Below, piece after piece: positions 28,589-38,089 of a DNA stretch of 44,178 nt; the stretch's first letter is position 1, and every line of letters starts with the position of its first letter. The position numbers and the translations under genes are program-made. This stretch comes from Actinomycetota bacterium (GTDB lineage: Bacteria; Actinomycetota; UBA4738; HRBIN12), in contig JAJPHY010000150.1 in the NCBI GenBank assembly GCA_021325015.1, forward strand, positions 1-44,178, in the 5' to 3' direction. The notes under the pieces were generated by a model. The model was not told the origin of the DNA. It ran no database searches and saw only the letters and a list, made by a program, of their open reading frames with translations.

Positions 28589-29574
28589 CGACCATCACGT
28601 ACACGTACTACCCGGGCTGCTCGGCAGAGGGTGTTGGGCGTGCCTTCACGGAGTCCCTGTATGCGGTGTTCGAGCATCTGGGCACCGGGTTGAGGGAGCT
28701 GGAGGACTGGAACTGCTGTGGTGCCACCGCATGGCCTTCGGTCGATCAGAGCCAGGCGTACGCGCTCTCGGCCCGGAATCTCGCGTTGGCCGAGGAACGG
28801 GCCCCCGGCGCGGATCCGGCGGACGTGGTTGCCTCGTGCACCGGCTGTTACCGAGCGTTGCTCAAGGCCCAGGAGGCCCTCGGCGCATCGACCCCGACCT
28901 CCGACAGGCTGCGGAACGCGCTCGCCGCGATCGGACTGGACTTCCAAGGTCGGGCGCGGGTCCGTCACCCCGTGGACATCCTGCTGAACGAGATCGGCCT
29001 CGATCGGATCCGTGAGGCGGTCGTCCGGCCACTCCAGGGTGTCAGGGTCGCTTCCTATTACGGCTGCCAGCTGGTGCGGCCGTTTGCGACCTTCGACGAC
29101 CCCCGGAACCCGACGTCGATGGACCGACTGGTCGCGGCGGTGGGCGCCGAGCCCGTGGATTGGCCGCTGAAGGCGCGGTGCTGCGGCGGATCGTGTTATT
29201 GCGGTGGGCCCGTCATCGGCGCGATGCCGGAGGCCACGATGCAGCTCTCGTACGCGCTGCTGCGCGAGGCCTCCAAACGCGGCGCCGACGTCGTGGTCAC
29301 CATCTGCCCCCTGTGTGAGTTCAACCTGGAGGGGTTCCAGGGCCGGATGGCCAGGCGATTCGGCCACCCGCTGGACATGCCGACCGGGTTCCTCACCCAG
29401 CTGATGGGGATCGCCATGGGCATCGACGAGACGCGGCTGGGACTCCATCGGTTGCTGCGGTGGCGACTCCCCGAGGCCGCCGAGTCGGGACCGGCGACGG
29501 CCGGAGGACGGCCGCGCCGCGAGCCAGCTGCGGTGGGCGCATCGACCCATCCAGAGGGAGGCGGCGATGCCTGA
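28585..29574 (+). CDS. hdrB: Heterodisulfide reductase subunit B-like (two CCG domains)
   Basis: YYPGCS...DWNCCGA...CTGCY and YYGCQLVRP...CCGG...CPLCEFNL. Confidence 0.9.
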   Translation: MTTITYTYYPGCSAEGVGRAFTESLYAVFEHLGTGLRELEDWNCCGATAWPSVDQSQAYALSARNLALAEERAPGADPADVVASCTGCYRALLKAQEALGASTPTSDRLRNALAAIGLDFQGRARVRHPVDILLNEIGLDRIREAVVRPLQGVRVASYYGCQLVRPFATFDDPRNPTSMDRLVAAVGAEPVDWPLKARCCGGSCYCGGPVIGAMPEATMQLSYALLREASKRGADVVVTICPLCEFNLEGFQGRMARRFGHPLDMPTGFLTQLMGIAMGIDETRLGLHRLLRWRLPEAAESGPATAGGRPRREPAAVGASTHPEGGGDA

Positions 29575-31585
29575 GGGCGGGCTCAACCCCAAGGCCGTCT
29601 CGACCGACGGCGGTCCGAGGATCGGCGTGTACGTCTGTCACTGCGGCCTGAACATCGCCGGCAAGGTCGACGTGAAGGCCGTGGTCGAGTTCGCGGCATC
29701 GCTCCCGCACGTGACGGTCGCGCGCGACTACAAGTTCATGTGCTCGGACCCGGGCCAGGAGCTGATTCAGCAGGACCTGCGGGACGGTCTGGTGAACCGC
29801 GTCGTGGTGGCCTCGTGCTCGCCGCTCATGCACGAGGCCACGTTCCGCCGCGCCACGGCGGCCGGGGGGGAGAGCCCCTCGCACGTCCAGATGGCGAGCA
29901 TCCGCGAGCACGTGTCCTGGGTCACGGCGGACGGCGACGACGCGACCGAGAAGGCCAAGGCGCTCGTGGCCGGCGCGGTTCGCCGCGTGGCGCTCCACGA
30001 GGTCCTCGAGCCGAGGCAGTCCCCCGTTCGGCCCGACGTGATGGTGGTGGGCGGCGGGATCGCCGGCATCCACGCGGCGTTGACGCTCGCGGACGCCGGC
30101 AAGCACGTCTATCTGGTCGAGCGCGAGACGACCATCGGCGGCCACATGGCCAAGTTCGACAAGACGTTCCCAACGCTCGACTGCGCCGCCTGCATCCTCA
30201 CCCCGAAGATGTCGGCCGTCCGGACTCATCCGAACATCACGCTCTGGACCTACTCCGACGTCGTGAGCGTCGAGGGGTACGCGGGCGACTTCCGGGTCCG
30301 CGTGCGCCACCGTCCTCGGTACGTGCGGGAGGACCTGTGCACCGGGTGCCTCGCCTGCATCGACGCGTGCGTCCACAAGCAGGGCAAGTTCGAGGACGAG
30401 TGGAACGAGGGCCTGTCCAAGCGCAAGCCGATCTACATCCCCTTCCCACAGGCGACGCCTCCGGTCGTGGTCGTCGACCGCGAGGCGTGCATCTGGTTCA
30501 AGACCGGGAAGTGCCCGCGGACGTGCGTGGATGCGTGCGAGCGCGACGCGTTCGACTTCGAGCAGACCGAGACGTTCGACGAGGTCGAGGTCGGTGCGAT
30601 CATCCTCGCGACCGGGTACCGGACCTTCGACGCGTCCAGGATGCCCGAGTACGGGTACGGCCTCTATCCCAACGTCTACACCAGCCTGGAGGTCGAGCGC
30701 CTGCTGAACGCCGCCGGCCCGACGAACGGCGAGATCGTGCTCCGGGACGGCTCGCGCCCGCGCACCGTGGGGATCATCCACTGCGTGGGCTCGCGCGACG
30801 CCAAGCACAACCTGTGGTGCTCGAAGGTCTGCTGCATGTACTCGCTCAAGCTCGCGCACATGGTGAAGGAACGCATCGGCGCCGAGGTCTACAACTTCTA
30901 CATCGACATGCGCACGCCCGGAAAGGGCTACGAGGAGTTCTACGACAAGGTCCTCAGGGAGGGCGTGCACATGGTCCGCGGGCGCGTGGCCGGTGTGACC
31001 GACGAGGCGGCCTCGCCCGAGGAGGAGGGCCACCTGGTCATCCGCGCCGAGGATACCCTCATCGGCTCGGTCCGGCGGATCCCCGTCGACATGGTGATCC
31101 TCGCGGTCGGGATCGAGCCGCAGCCCGATGCCCAGGAAGTCCGCCGGCTGTTCAACGTCTCGTGCGGCTCGGAGGGCTTCTTCACCGAACGCCACCCGAA
31201 GCTCGCCCCCGTGTCGACGTTCACCGACGGCATCTTCCTGGCCGGTGCCTGCCAGGGCCCCAAGGACATCCCCGACAGCGTCGCGCAGGCCGGCGCGGCG
31301 GCGGCGGAGGCGCTCGCGATGATCGACCGCGGACACGTCACGCTCGAGTCGAGCACGGCGTTCATCGACGACGCGGCGTGCTCGGGCTGCAAGACCTGCG
31401 TCGGCCTCTGCCCGTTCGGCGCGATCGCGTTCGACGAGGACCGGAAGAAGGCCGCCGTCAACGAGGTGGTGTGCAAGGGGTGCGGGATCTGCGTGGGTGC
31501 GTGCCCGTCGGGCGCGGCCCAGCAGCACCTGTTCACCGACGCGCAGATCCTCTCGGAGATCGAGGGGGTGCTGGAGTATGTCTGA
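29567..31585 (+). CDS. hdrA: Heterodisulfide reductase subunit A (FAD, Fe-S)
   Basis: GVYVCHCGLNI, VVGGGIAG, DKTFPTLDCAAC, HCVGSRD, CSKVCCMYSLK, GACQGPKDIPDSV, C-terminal ferredoxin domain. Confidence 0.95.
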   Translation: MPEGGLNPKAVSTDGGPRIGVYVCHCGLNIAGKVDVKAVVEFAASLPHVTVARDYKFMCSDPGQELIQQDLRDGLVNRVVVASCSPLMHEATFRRATAAGGESPSHVQMASIREHVSWVTADGDDATEKAKALVAGAVRRVALHEVLEPRQSPVRPDVMVVGGGIAGIHAALTLADAGKHVYLVERETTIGGHMAKFDKTFPTLDCAACILTPKMSAVRTHPNITLWTYSDVVSVEGYAGDFRVRVRHRPRYVREDLCTGCLACIDACVHKQGKFEDEWNEGLSKRKPIYIPFPQATPPVVVVDREACIWFKTGKCPRTCVDACERDAFDFEQTETFDEVEVGAIILATGYRTFDASRMPEYGYGLYPNVYTSLEVERLLNAAGPTNGEIVLRDGSRPRTVGIIHCVGSRDAKHNLWCSKVCCMYSLKLAHMVKERIGAEVYNFYIDMRTPGKGYEEFYDKVLREGVHMVRGRVAGVTDEAASPEEEGHLVIRAEDTLIGSVRRIPVDMVILAVGIEPQPDAQEVRRLFNVSCGSEGFFTERHPKLAPVSTFTDGIFLAGACQGPKDIPDSVAQAGAAAAEALAMIDRGHVTLESSTAFIDDAACSGCKTCVGLCPFGAIAFDEDRKKAAVNEVVCKGCGICVGACPSGAAQQHLFTDAQILSEIEGVLEYV

Positions 31586-32126
31586 GACCGACCGCCCCTT
31601 CGAGCCCCGGATCGTGGCGTTCTTCTGCACCTGGTGCACGTACACGGCCGCCGACCTCGCCGGGATCTCGCGGATGCAGTACGCGCCAAACGTCCGGGCC
31701 ATCCGGCTCATGTGCTCGGGCCGGGTCGACCCGCAGTTCGTCCTCGCCGCGTTCCGGGACGGAGCCGACGGCGTGCTGATCGGGGGCTGCCATCCGGGGG
31801 ACTGCCACTACCAGGAGGGGAACGTCAACGCGCTCCGGCGCTTCGAGCTCCTGCGGCGCATGCTGCGCGACTTCGGAATCGAGGAGGGACGGGTTCGGCT
31901 CGAGTGGATCTCCGCCGCCGAGGGCGACAAGGTTCAGCGGGTGTGCAACGAGATGACCGAGCGGGTTCGCGCGCTCGGCCCGCTGCGGCTCGAGCCGGGA
32001 CCGCGCCGCCGTGTGGGCGTCGGAGTCGTTCCGGTCGGTGCCGCAGAGGCCGCAGCCGGCCCGGCCGCCGGTGAGGCGTCCGAGCCCGTTGGGGTCCTCG
32101 AGACGGAAGGTCGTGAGGCGCGATGA
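31578..32126 (+). CDS. mvhD: MvhD 2Fe-2S adaptor subunit
   Basis: FFCTWCTYTAADLAG, MCSGRVDP, GGCHPGDCHY, EWISAAEG. Confidence 0.93.
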   Translation: MSETDRPFEPRIVAFFCTWCTYTAADLAGISRMQYAPNVRAIRLMCSGRVDPQFVLAAFRDGADGVLIGGCHPGDCHYQEGNVNALRRFELLRRMLRDFGIEEGRVRLEWISAAEGDKVQRVCNEMTERVRALGPLRLEPGPRRRVGVGVVPVGAAEAAAGPAAGEASEPVGVLETEGREAR

Positions 32127-33136
32127 CCAAGCCGAAGGTCGCGTTCTACTGGTGCGCCTCCTGCGGCGGGTGCGAGGAGGCCGTGGTCGACCTGGCCGAG
32201 GACGTGCTCGCGGTGGTGGACGCGGTCGACATCGCGTTCTGGCCGGTGGCGCTCGACTTCAAGGTGTCCGACGTGGAGGCGCTCGCTGACGGAGAGCTCG
32301 CCGCCTCGTTCGTGAACGGCGCCATCCGGACCTCCGAGCAGCGCGAGATGGCCGAGCTTCTTCGGCGGAAGTCCGCCGTCGTGGTCGCGTTCGGCGCGTG
32401 CGCGTGGCTGGGCGGCATCCCTGGTCTCGCGAACCTGTCGAGCCGGGAGTCGATCCTCGAGTTCGTCTATCGGGGCTCTCCCAGCACGTCGGACGGAGAC
32501 GGAGTCCGCCCCCAGGAGGAGACCGACGTGCCGGAGGGCCGGCTGCGCCTCCCGCACTTCGACGAGACGGTGCGCACGCTCGACCAGGTGGTCGACGTGG
32601 ACTACTACCTCCCCGGCTGCCCGCCGCCGGTGGACCTGATCCGTTCCGCGGTGACCGCGCTGGTCGAGGGTCGGCTCCCGGAGAAGGGCTCGGTCCTCGC
32701 CCCGGATGTCGCGCTCTGCGCGGAGTGCCCCCGGGCGCAGACCAAGCCGACGGACCTGAAGGTGACCCAGTTCCGACGCCCGCACGAGGTGATCGCCGAC
32801 CCCGAGACCTGTCTGCTCGCCCAAGGGCTCGTGTGTCTCGGGCCGGCCACGCGATCGGGCTGCGGTGCGCCGTGCACCGCAGCGAACATGCCCTGCACGG
32901 GCTGCATGGGCCCCACCAGCCGCGTGATCGACTACGGCGCGAAGGCGCTGTCGGCGATCGCGTCTCTGGTTGCCCCGAGCGACGAGGAGGCCGTCGGCGA
33001 GGCGGTCGATCGGCTGGTGGATCCGGTCGGCACGTTCTACCGGTACTCGCTGCCGGCGTCGCTGCTCCACCGCCGCGTCGAACGGGACGCGGCCGGGTCG
33101 AGGGGAGGTGGCCAGGGATGGGCTCGGAGATCCTGA
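32123..33136 (+). CDS. mvhG: Group 3c [NiFe]-hydrogenase small subunit
   Basis: YWCASCGGCE, FGACAWLGGIPGLAN, LPGCPP, CLLAQGLVCLGPATRSGC, DPVGTFYRYSLP. Confidence 0.92.
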   Translation: MTKPKVAFYWCASCGGCEEAVVDLAEDVLAVVDAVDIAFWPVALDFKVSDVEALADGELAASFVNGAIRTSEQREMAELLRRKSAVVVAFGACAWLGGIPGLANLSSRESILEFVYRGSPSTSDGDGVRPQEETDVPEGRLRLPHFDETVRTLDQVVDVDYYLPGCPPPVDLIRSAVTALVEGRLPEKGSVLAPDVALCAECPRAQTKPTDLKVTQFRRPHEVIADPETCLLAQGLVCLGPATRSGCGAPCTAANMPCTGCMGPTSRVIDYGAKALSAIASLVAPSDEEAVGEAVDRLVDPVGTFYRYSLPASLLHRRVERDAAGSRGGGQGWARRS

Positions 33137-34581
33137 TCGACCCGATCACCCGCCTCGAGGGGCACGGCCGGATCCATATCTTCCTCGACGACGACGGCGA
33201 GGTCGACCGCGCGTACCTCCAGATCCCCGAGCTTCGGGGCTTCGAGACGTTCGCGCGGGGACGCCGGGCCGAGGACATGCCCCAGATCACGTCGCGCATC
33301 TGCGGTGTCTGCCCCATGGCGCATCACATGGCGGGGACCAAGACGCTCGACGACCTCTACCACGTCGATCCACCGCCGGCCGCCACGAAGGTTCGGGAGA
33401 TGGTCTACGACGCGTTCATGGTGGAGGACCACGCGCTCCACTTCTTCTTCCTGGGCGGTCCGGACTTCGTCGTGGGGCCGTCGGCTCCCAAGGCCGAGCG
33501 CAACGTGCTCGGCGTGATCGGAAAGGTTGGGCTCGAGGTCGGCAAAGAGGTCATCGGAGTTCGCAAGGAGCTGCGCGGATTGATCTCCGACGCGGCCGGG
33601 AAGGTCATCCATCCGGTCTTCGGGCTGCCGGGCGGGATCTCGCAGCCGGTGTCGCCAGAGCTCCGCGACCGGTTCGCCGCGGGTGCGGCCCGCGCGGTCG
33701 AGTTCGGGAAGTTCGCGCTCCAGGTGTTCCGCGACGTGGTGCTCTCGAACCGGGAGTACGTCGATCTCGTCACGTCCGAGGCCTACACGCATCGCACCTA
33801 CTACCTGGGCCTGGTCGACGAGCGGAACCGCGTGAACTACTACGACGGGCGCCTGCGGGTGGTGGACCCGGACGGTGCGGAGCTCGTCACGTTCCCGGCC
33901 CGCGAGTATCTCGACCACGTGGCCGAGCACGTCGAGCCCTGGAGCTACCTCAAGTTCTGCTACCTGAGGGACGTGGGGTGGAAGGGCTTCACCGACGGGG
34001 TCGACAGCGGCGTGTTCGCGGTCGCGCCGCTCGCCCGCCTGAACGCGTCCGAGGGGATGTCGACGCCGGTTGCGCAGGAAGCTTACGAGGAGCTGTGCTC
34101 GACCCTCGGGGGCAAGCCGGTGCACTACACGCTCGCCACGCACTGGGCCCGCCTGGTCGAGCTCGTGAACGCGGCCGAGCGGATGGCCGAGCTCGCCGCC
34201 GACCCGGACATCACGAGCCCCGAGGTCCGGAGGATCCCGACCGAGACCCCGACCGAGGGCATCGGCGTCGTCGAGGCACCCCGCGGCACGCTGATCCACC
34301 ACTACGCCACCGACGAGCGCGGGCTGATCACGCAGGCCAACTTGATCGTCGCCACGCAGAACAACGCGGCCAGGATCGCGCTCTCGGTCGACAAGGCGGC
34401 GAAGGCGCTCGTGCACGGCGCGGAGGTCGACGAAGCGCTGCTGAACCGGGTCGAGATGGCCTTTCGCGCCTACGACCCGTGCTTCGGATGCGCGACGCAC
34501 GCGCTCCCGGGGCAGATGCCGCTGATCGTCGAGGTCCGCGACCCCTCGGGGACGCTCGTACGCGAGCTCCGTCGGGACTGA
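33118..34581 (+). CDS. mvhA: Group 3c [NiFe]-hydrogenase large subunit
   Basis: DPITRLEGHG, PELRGFE, RICGVCPMAH, EAPRGTLIHHY, RAYDPCFGCATH plus a C-terminal extension. Confidence 0.93.
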   Translation: MGSEILIDPITRLEGHGRIHIFLDDDGEVDRAYLQIPELRGFETFARGRRAEDMPQITSRICGVCPMAHHMAGTKTLDDLYHVDPPPAATKVREMVYDAFMVEDHALHFFFLGGPDFVVGPSAPKAERNVLGVIGKVGLEVGKEVIGVRKELRGLISDAAGKVIHPVFGLPGGISQPVSPELRDRFAAGAARAVEFGKFALQVFRDVVLSNREYVDLVTSEAYTHRTYYLGLVDERNRVNYYDGRLRVVDPDGAELVTFPAREYLDHVAEHVEPWSYLKFCYLRDVGWKGFTDGVDSGVFAVAPLARLNASEGMSTPVAQEAYEELCSTLGGKPVHYTLATHWARLVELVNAAERMAELAADPDITSPEVRRIPTETPTEGIGVVEAPRGTLIHHYATDERGLITQANLIVATQNNAARIALSVDKAAKALVHGAEVDEALLNRVEMAFRAYDPCFGCATHALPGQMPLIVEVRDPSGTLVRELRRD

Positions 34582-34587
34582 GGCGAG

Positions 34588-35109
34588 ATGCGCACGCTCG
34601 TGCTGGGCCTGGGCAACGAGCTCGCGGGGGACGACGCGGCCGGCCTCCTCGCGGCTCGAGCGGTGCGCGAGGACCTCGAGGGGCTCGCCGACGTGGTCGA
34701 GAGCGGGGCGTCGGGCATCGCCCTGATCGAGGAGCTCGCGGGCTACGACCGCGCGGTCGTCGTGGATGCGATCCGGACGAGCCGGCGGCCGCCGGGCGAG
34801 GTGGTCGAGCTCGACCTGAGCGACCTGGGACCCCCGGTCGCCCCGAGTCTGCACCAGGCCGGGCTTGCGGAGCTCGCGGCCGTGGCGGCTCGGCTCGGCC
34901 TGCCGTTCCCGGCGCGCACGGTGGTGATGGCCGTCGAGGTGGTGGACCCGTACACGATCGGAGGGCCGATGAGCGAACCCGTCCGGCGCGCGCTCCCCGA
35001 GCTCGCCCGGCGGATCCGCGTGCAGGTGGAGCGGTGGAGGGATGAGGACGAGGCCGGCGGGGCAGTCGGCGGCGTGGAGGAGCAAGGTGCACGACTACGA
35101 GGCCGTTGA
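34588..35109 (+). CDS. Hydrogenase maturation protease (second copy)
   Basis: LVLGLGNELAGDDAAG, VVVDAI, SLHQAGLAE. Confidence 0.88.
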   Translation: MRTLVLGLGNELAGDDAAGLLAARAVREDLEGLADVVESGASGIALIEELAGYDRAVVVDAIRTSRRPPGEVVELDLSDLGPPVAPSLHQAGLAELAAVAARLGLPFPARTVVMAVEVVDPYTIGGPMSEPVRRALPELARRIRVQVERWRDEDEAGGAVGGVEEQGARLRGR

Positions 35110-35443
35110 GAAGCTGATCGACCGGCTCGTCGAGGGGCTCGGCCCGTTCGATCGCATCACGCGGGTGAGGATCCGCGTGAGCCCGATCTACTCCCCCGAC
35201 GCGCTCGAGCAGGCCTTCGAGATGGTGACGAGGGACACGCCGCTCGAGGGAGCCGAGCTCGAGATCGAGGGAGCGGGCGAGCAGATGTGCCCGAGCTGCG
35301 GGGCCCGCTGGTCGCCGACGCACGACGACCTCGCCGGACCGTGGCTGGTCTGTCCGGAGTGCGCGTCGCGCACCCCGATCGAGTCGACGGGCCTCGCGGT
35401 GCTCGAGGTCGTGGACGGGCCCGCTCCGAAGACGGTTTGCTGA
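35087..35443 (+). CDS. hypA: Hydrogenase nickel chaperone HypA (divergent)
   Basis: GTG 35087 after GGAGGAG gives MHDY...; ALEQAFEMVTRDTPLEGAELEIE; CPSC and CPEC zinc motifs. Confidence 0.8.
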   Translation: MHDYEAVEKLIDRLVEGLGPFDRITRVRIRVSPIYSPDALEQAFEMVTRDTPLEGAELEIEGAGEQMCPSCGARWSPTHDDLAGPWLVCPECASRTPIESTGLAVLEVVDGPAPKTVC

Positions 35444-35460
35444 CCCGCGGCCGGTCCCGC

Positions 35461-35498
35461 GGGACCTTCGGCCCGGACCGCCTCGGGTCGGGCGGCCC
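35461..35498. promoter_or_regulatory. Tandem DosR-like boxes upstream of hypF
   Basis: GGGAC-CTTC-GGCCC (35461-35474) and GGGTC-GGGC-GGCCC (35485-35498); candidate -10 CACGAT at 35522-35527. Confidence 0.6.
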
Positions 35499-35525
35499 AC
35501 CCCAGGAGTTTGCCCCTGCGGCACG

Positions 35526-37820
35526 ATGGCCGTGATGGACGTCAGGGCACCCGACCGGACCGAACGACCGACCGCCAGGGACCTCGAGGTTCGGGGCGTC
35601 GTGCAGGGGGTGGGCTTTCGTCCGTTCGTGTGGCGGCTCGCCACCCGCCACGGGATCTCCGGCTGGGTGCGCAATCGAAGCGGCGTCGTCGAGATCCACG
35701 CCGAGGGACCCGAGCCCGCGCTCGAGGCGTTCTGCGCGGCGATCTCGGCCGAGGCCCCTCCGCTCGCTCGGGTCGAGGACGTGCGCTGGTCGTCCGGGCC
35801 GGTCCTGGATCTGTCGGGATTCGAGGTCGATCGGAGCCTGTCCGAGCCCGGAGGCGACCGGCTGGTCTCGCCCGACGTGGCCACCTGCCCGGCATGCCTG
35901 AGCGAGCTGTTCGATCCGAACGACCGCCGGTATCGCTACCCGTTCATCAACTGCACCGATTGCGGCCCCCGGTTCACCATCATCGAGAGCCTCCCCTACG
36001 ACCGCGAGCGGACCAGCATGCGCGCGTTTCCGCTGTGCGAGGACTGCCGGCGCGAGTACCTGGACCCCTCGAACCGCCGTTTCCACGCCGAGCCGGTCGC
36101 CTGCCCGGCGTGCGGGCCAACGCTCGAGCTGCGGGACGCCGGCTGGAGGCCGGTCGATGGCGATCCGATCGTGGAGGCGGCCTCGCTCCTGCGTCGCGGC
36201 GGGATCGTCGCGGTGAAGGGCCTCGGAGGGTTCCACCTCGCGTGCGACGCGACGAACGACCGCGTGGTCCACGCGCTCCGCGTTCGCAAGGAGAGGCCCG
36301 ACAAGCCGTTCGCCGTCATGGTCGCCGACGTCGAGCAGGCGCGCGAGCTGTTCGAGCTCACGCCCGAGGAGATCGCGCTGCTCGCCTCGCCGGCCGCCCC
36401 GATCGTGCTGGTTCGCGATCTCGGCCGTCTCGCCCCGTCGGTCGCGCCCGGGCACCGGCGCCAGGGCGCGATGCTTCCCTCCACGCCGCTGCACCACCTG
36501 CTGCTGCGGGAGGCGGGGGTCCCGCTGGTCATGACCAGCGGGAACCGGAGCGAGGAGCCGATCTGCACCGGAAACGAGGAGGCGCGCGAGCGCTTGTCGG
36601 GGGTCGCGGACGCCTTCCTCGTCCACGATCGCGAGATCGTCTCCCGCTACGACGACTCGGTCGCCCACGTGTGGAGGGGCGGGCCGGCGCTGCTGCGACG
36701 GGCCAGGAGCTTCGCCCCCTCGCCGCTGGAGCTGCCGGCGCGCGTCCGGCCCACGCTCGGGACCGGCGCGATGCTGAACGGCACCTTCTGCCTCGCGAGC
36801 GGAACCCGCGCGTTTCTCTCCCAGCACATCGGCGACCTCGACACGGAGGAGGCCATGCGAGCCTACGCCGATGCGCTCGATCGCTACCGGTCCGTCTTCG
36901 GCCTCGATCCGGAGGTGGTCGCCCACGACCTGCACCCGGACTTCGCCACGACCCGGTTCGCCGAGGAGACCGGGCTGCCGCGCCTGGCGGTGCAGCACCA
37001 CCACGCGCATATCGCATCGGTCATGGCCGAGCACGGCCTCGGGGGGCCGGTGATCGGGGTCGCGGTCGACGGCTTCGGCCTCGGCGAGGACGGGACGATC
37101 TGGGGTGGGGAGTTCCTCGTGTGCGACTGGGGCCGGGCGGAGCGGCTGGGTCACCTCCGTACGGTTCGCCAGCCCGGCGGGGACGCCGCCGTTCGGCACC
37201 CGTGGCGGATGGCGCTCGCCCACGCGGCCGACGCCGGATGCCTCGGCGAGGCGCGATCCCTGATGCCGGAGCGCGACGACGAGGTGGGGGTGGTGAGCGG
37301 GCAGATCCGCTCCGGGCTCGCCTCGCCGCTCACGAGCTCGATGGGGCGGCTGTTCGATGCGGTCTCGGCGCTCGCCTGGGTCTGCCGGGAGGCGACGTAT
37401 GAAGGCCAGCCGGCGATGCTGCTCGAGCAGGCCGCCGAGCCCGCGGACGCGCCCGGGTACCCGGTCCGCATGGACCTGCTCGACGGGCGGCTCATCGTCG
37501 ACACGCGCCCGATCGTCGCCGGCGTGGTGCAGGACCTCCGAGGCGGGGTGCCCGTCGGGCGCGTGTCGTGGCGGTTCCACCGGAGCGTGGCCCAGGCGAT
37601 CGAGCTCGCGTGCGCCCGGATCCGCTCCTCCACGGGACTGGATCGGGTCTGCCTCGGAGGCGGCGTCTTCCAGAACGCGCTCCTCGTGGACGAGGCGGTC
37701 GGCCGCCTGGAGGCGCTCGGGTTCTCCGTGTTCGTCCCCCAGCAAGTTCCCGCCGGCGACGGGGGGATCGCGCTCGGACAGGTGCTCGTCGCGCACGCGC
37801 GGATGGGAGGCGAGGGCTGA
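35526..37820 (+). CDS. hypF: Carbamoyltransferase HypF
   Basis: [52 protein letters not shown]; the true start may be ATG 35535. Confidence 0.95.
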   Translation: MAVMDVRAPDRTERPTARDLEVRGVVQGVGFRPFVWRLATRHGISGWVRNRSGVVEIHAEGPEPALEAFCAAISAEAPPLARVEDVRWSSGPVLDLSGFEVDRSLSEPGGDRLVSPDVATCPACLSELFDPNDRRYRYPFINCTDCGPRFTIIESLPYDRERTSMRAFPLCEDCRREYLDPSNRRFHAEPVACPACGPTLELRDAGWRPVDGDPIVEAASLLRRGGIVAVKGLGGFHLACDATNDRVVHALRVRKERPDKPFAVMVADVEQARELFELTPEEIALLASPAAPIVLVRDLGRLAPSVAPGHRRQGAMLPSTPLHHLLLREAGVPLVMTSGNRSEEPICTGNEEARERLSGVADAFLVHDREIVSRYDDSVAHVWRGGPALLRRARSFAPSPLELPARVRPTLGTGAMLNGTFCLASGTRAFLSQHIGDLDTEEAMRAYADALDRYRSVFGLDPEVVAHDLHPDFATTRFAEETGLPRLAVQHHHAHIASVMAEHGLGGPVIGVAVDGFGLGEDGTIWGGEFLVCDWGRAERLGHLRTVRQPGGDAAVRHPWRMALAHAADAGCLGEARSLMPERDDEVGVVSGQIRSGLASPLTSSMGRLFDAVSALAWVCREATYEGQPAMLLEQAAEPADAPGYPVRMDLLDGRLIVDTRPIVAGVVQDLRGGVPVGRVSWRFHRSVAQAIELACARIRSSTGLDRVCLGGGVFQNALLVDEAVGRLEALGFSVFVPQQVPAGDGGIALGQVLVAHARMGGEG

Positions 37821-38089
37821 TGTGCCTCGGGGTGCCGGGCAAGGTGGTCGAGGTCTTCGAGGAGGACGGGCTGCGGATGGGCCTGGTGGACTTCGGCGGT
37901 ATCAAGCGCAAGGCGTGCCTCGCGTACGAGCCGGACGTCGACGTCGGCAGCTACGTCGTGATCCACGTCGGCTTCGCGATCTCGGTGGTGGACGAGGAGG
38001 AGGCCCGGCGCGCCTACGAGCTGCTGGCCGAGATGGGCAACCTCGAGGGGATCGACCTGCCGCAGGATCCCGAGGGGGTGCGCGAGTGA
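37820..38089 (+). CDS. hypC: HypC chaperone
   Basis: MCLGVPGKV...[10 protein letters not shown]. Confidence 0.95.
   Translation: MCLGVPGKVVEVFEEDGLRMGLVDFGGIKRKACLAYEPDVDVGSYVVIHVGFAISVVDEEEARRAYELLAEMGNLEGIDLPQDPEGVRE

Noticed and set aside
27914-34581. Evidence for methanogenesis, an archaeal origin, or the sulfur-oxidising sHdr system
   Set aside because: The flanking genes and RBS usage are bacterial, there are no mcr/mtr genes, and the order hdrCBA-mvhDGA differs from sHdr (hdrC1B1A-hyp-C2B2 with lipoate-binding proteins).
31578-34581. Selenocysteine recoding in Mvh/Hdr subunits
   Set aside because: The relevant positions are Cys codons and the ORFs have no in-frame TGA.
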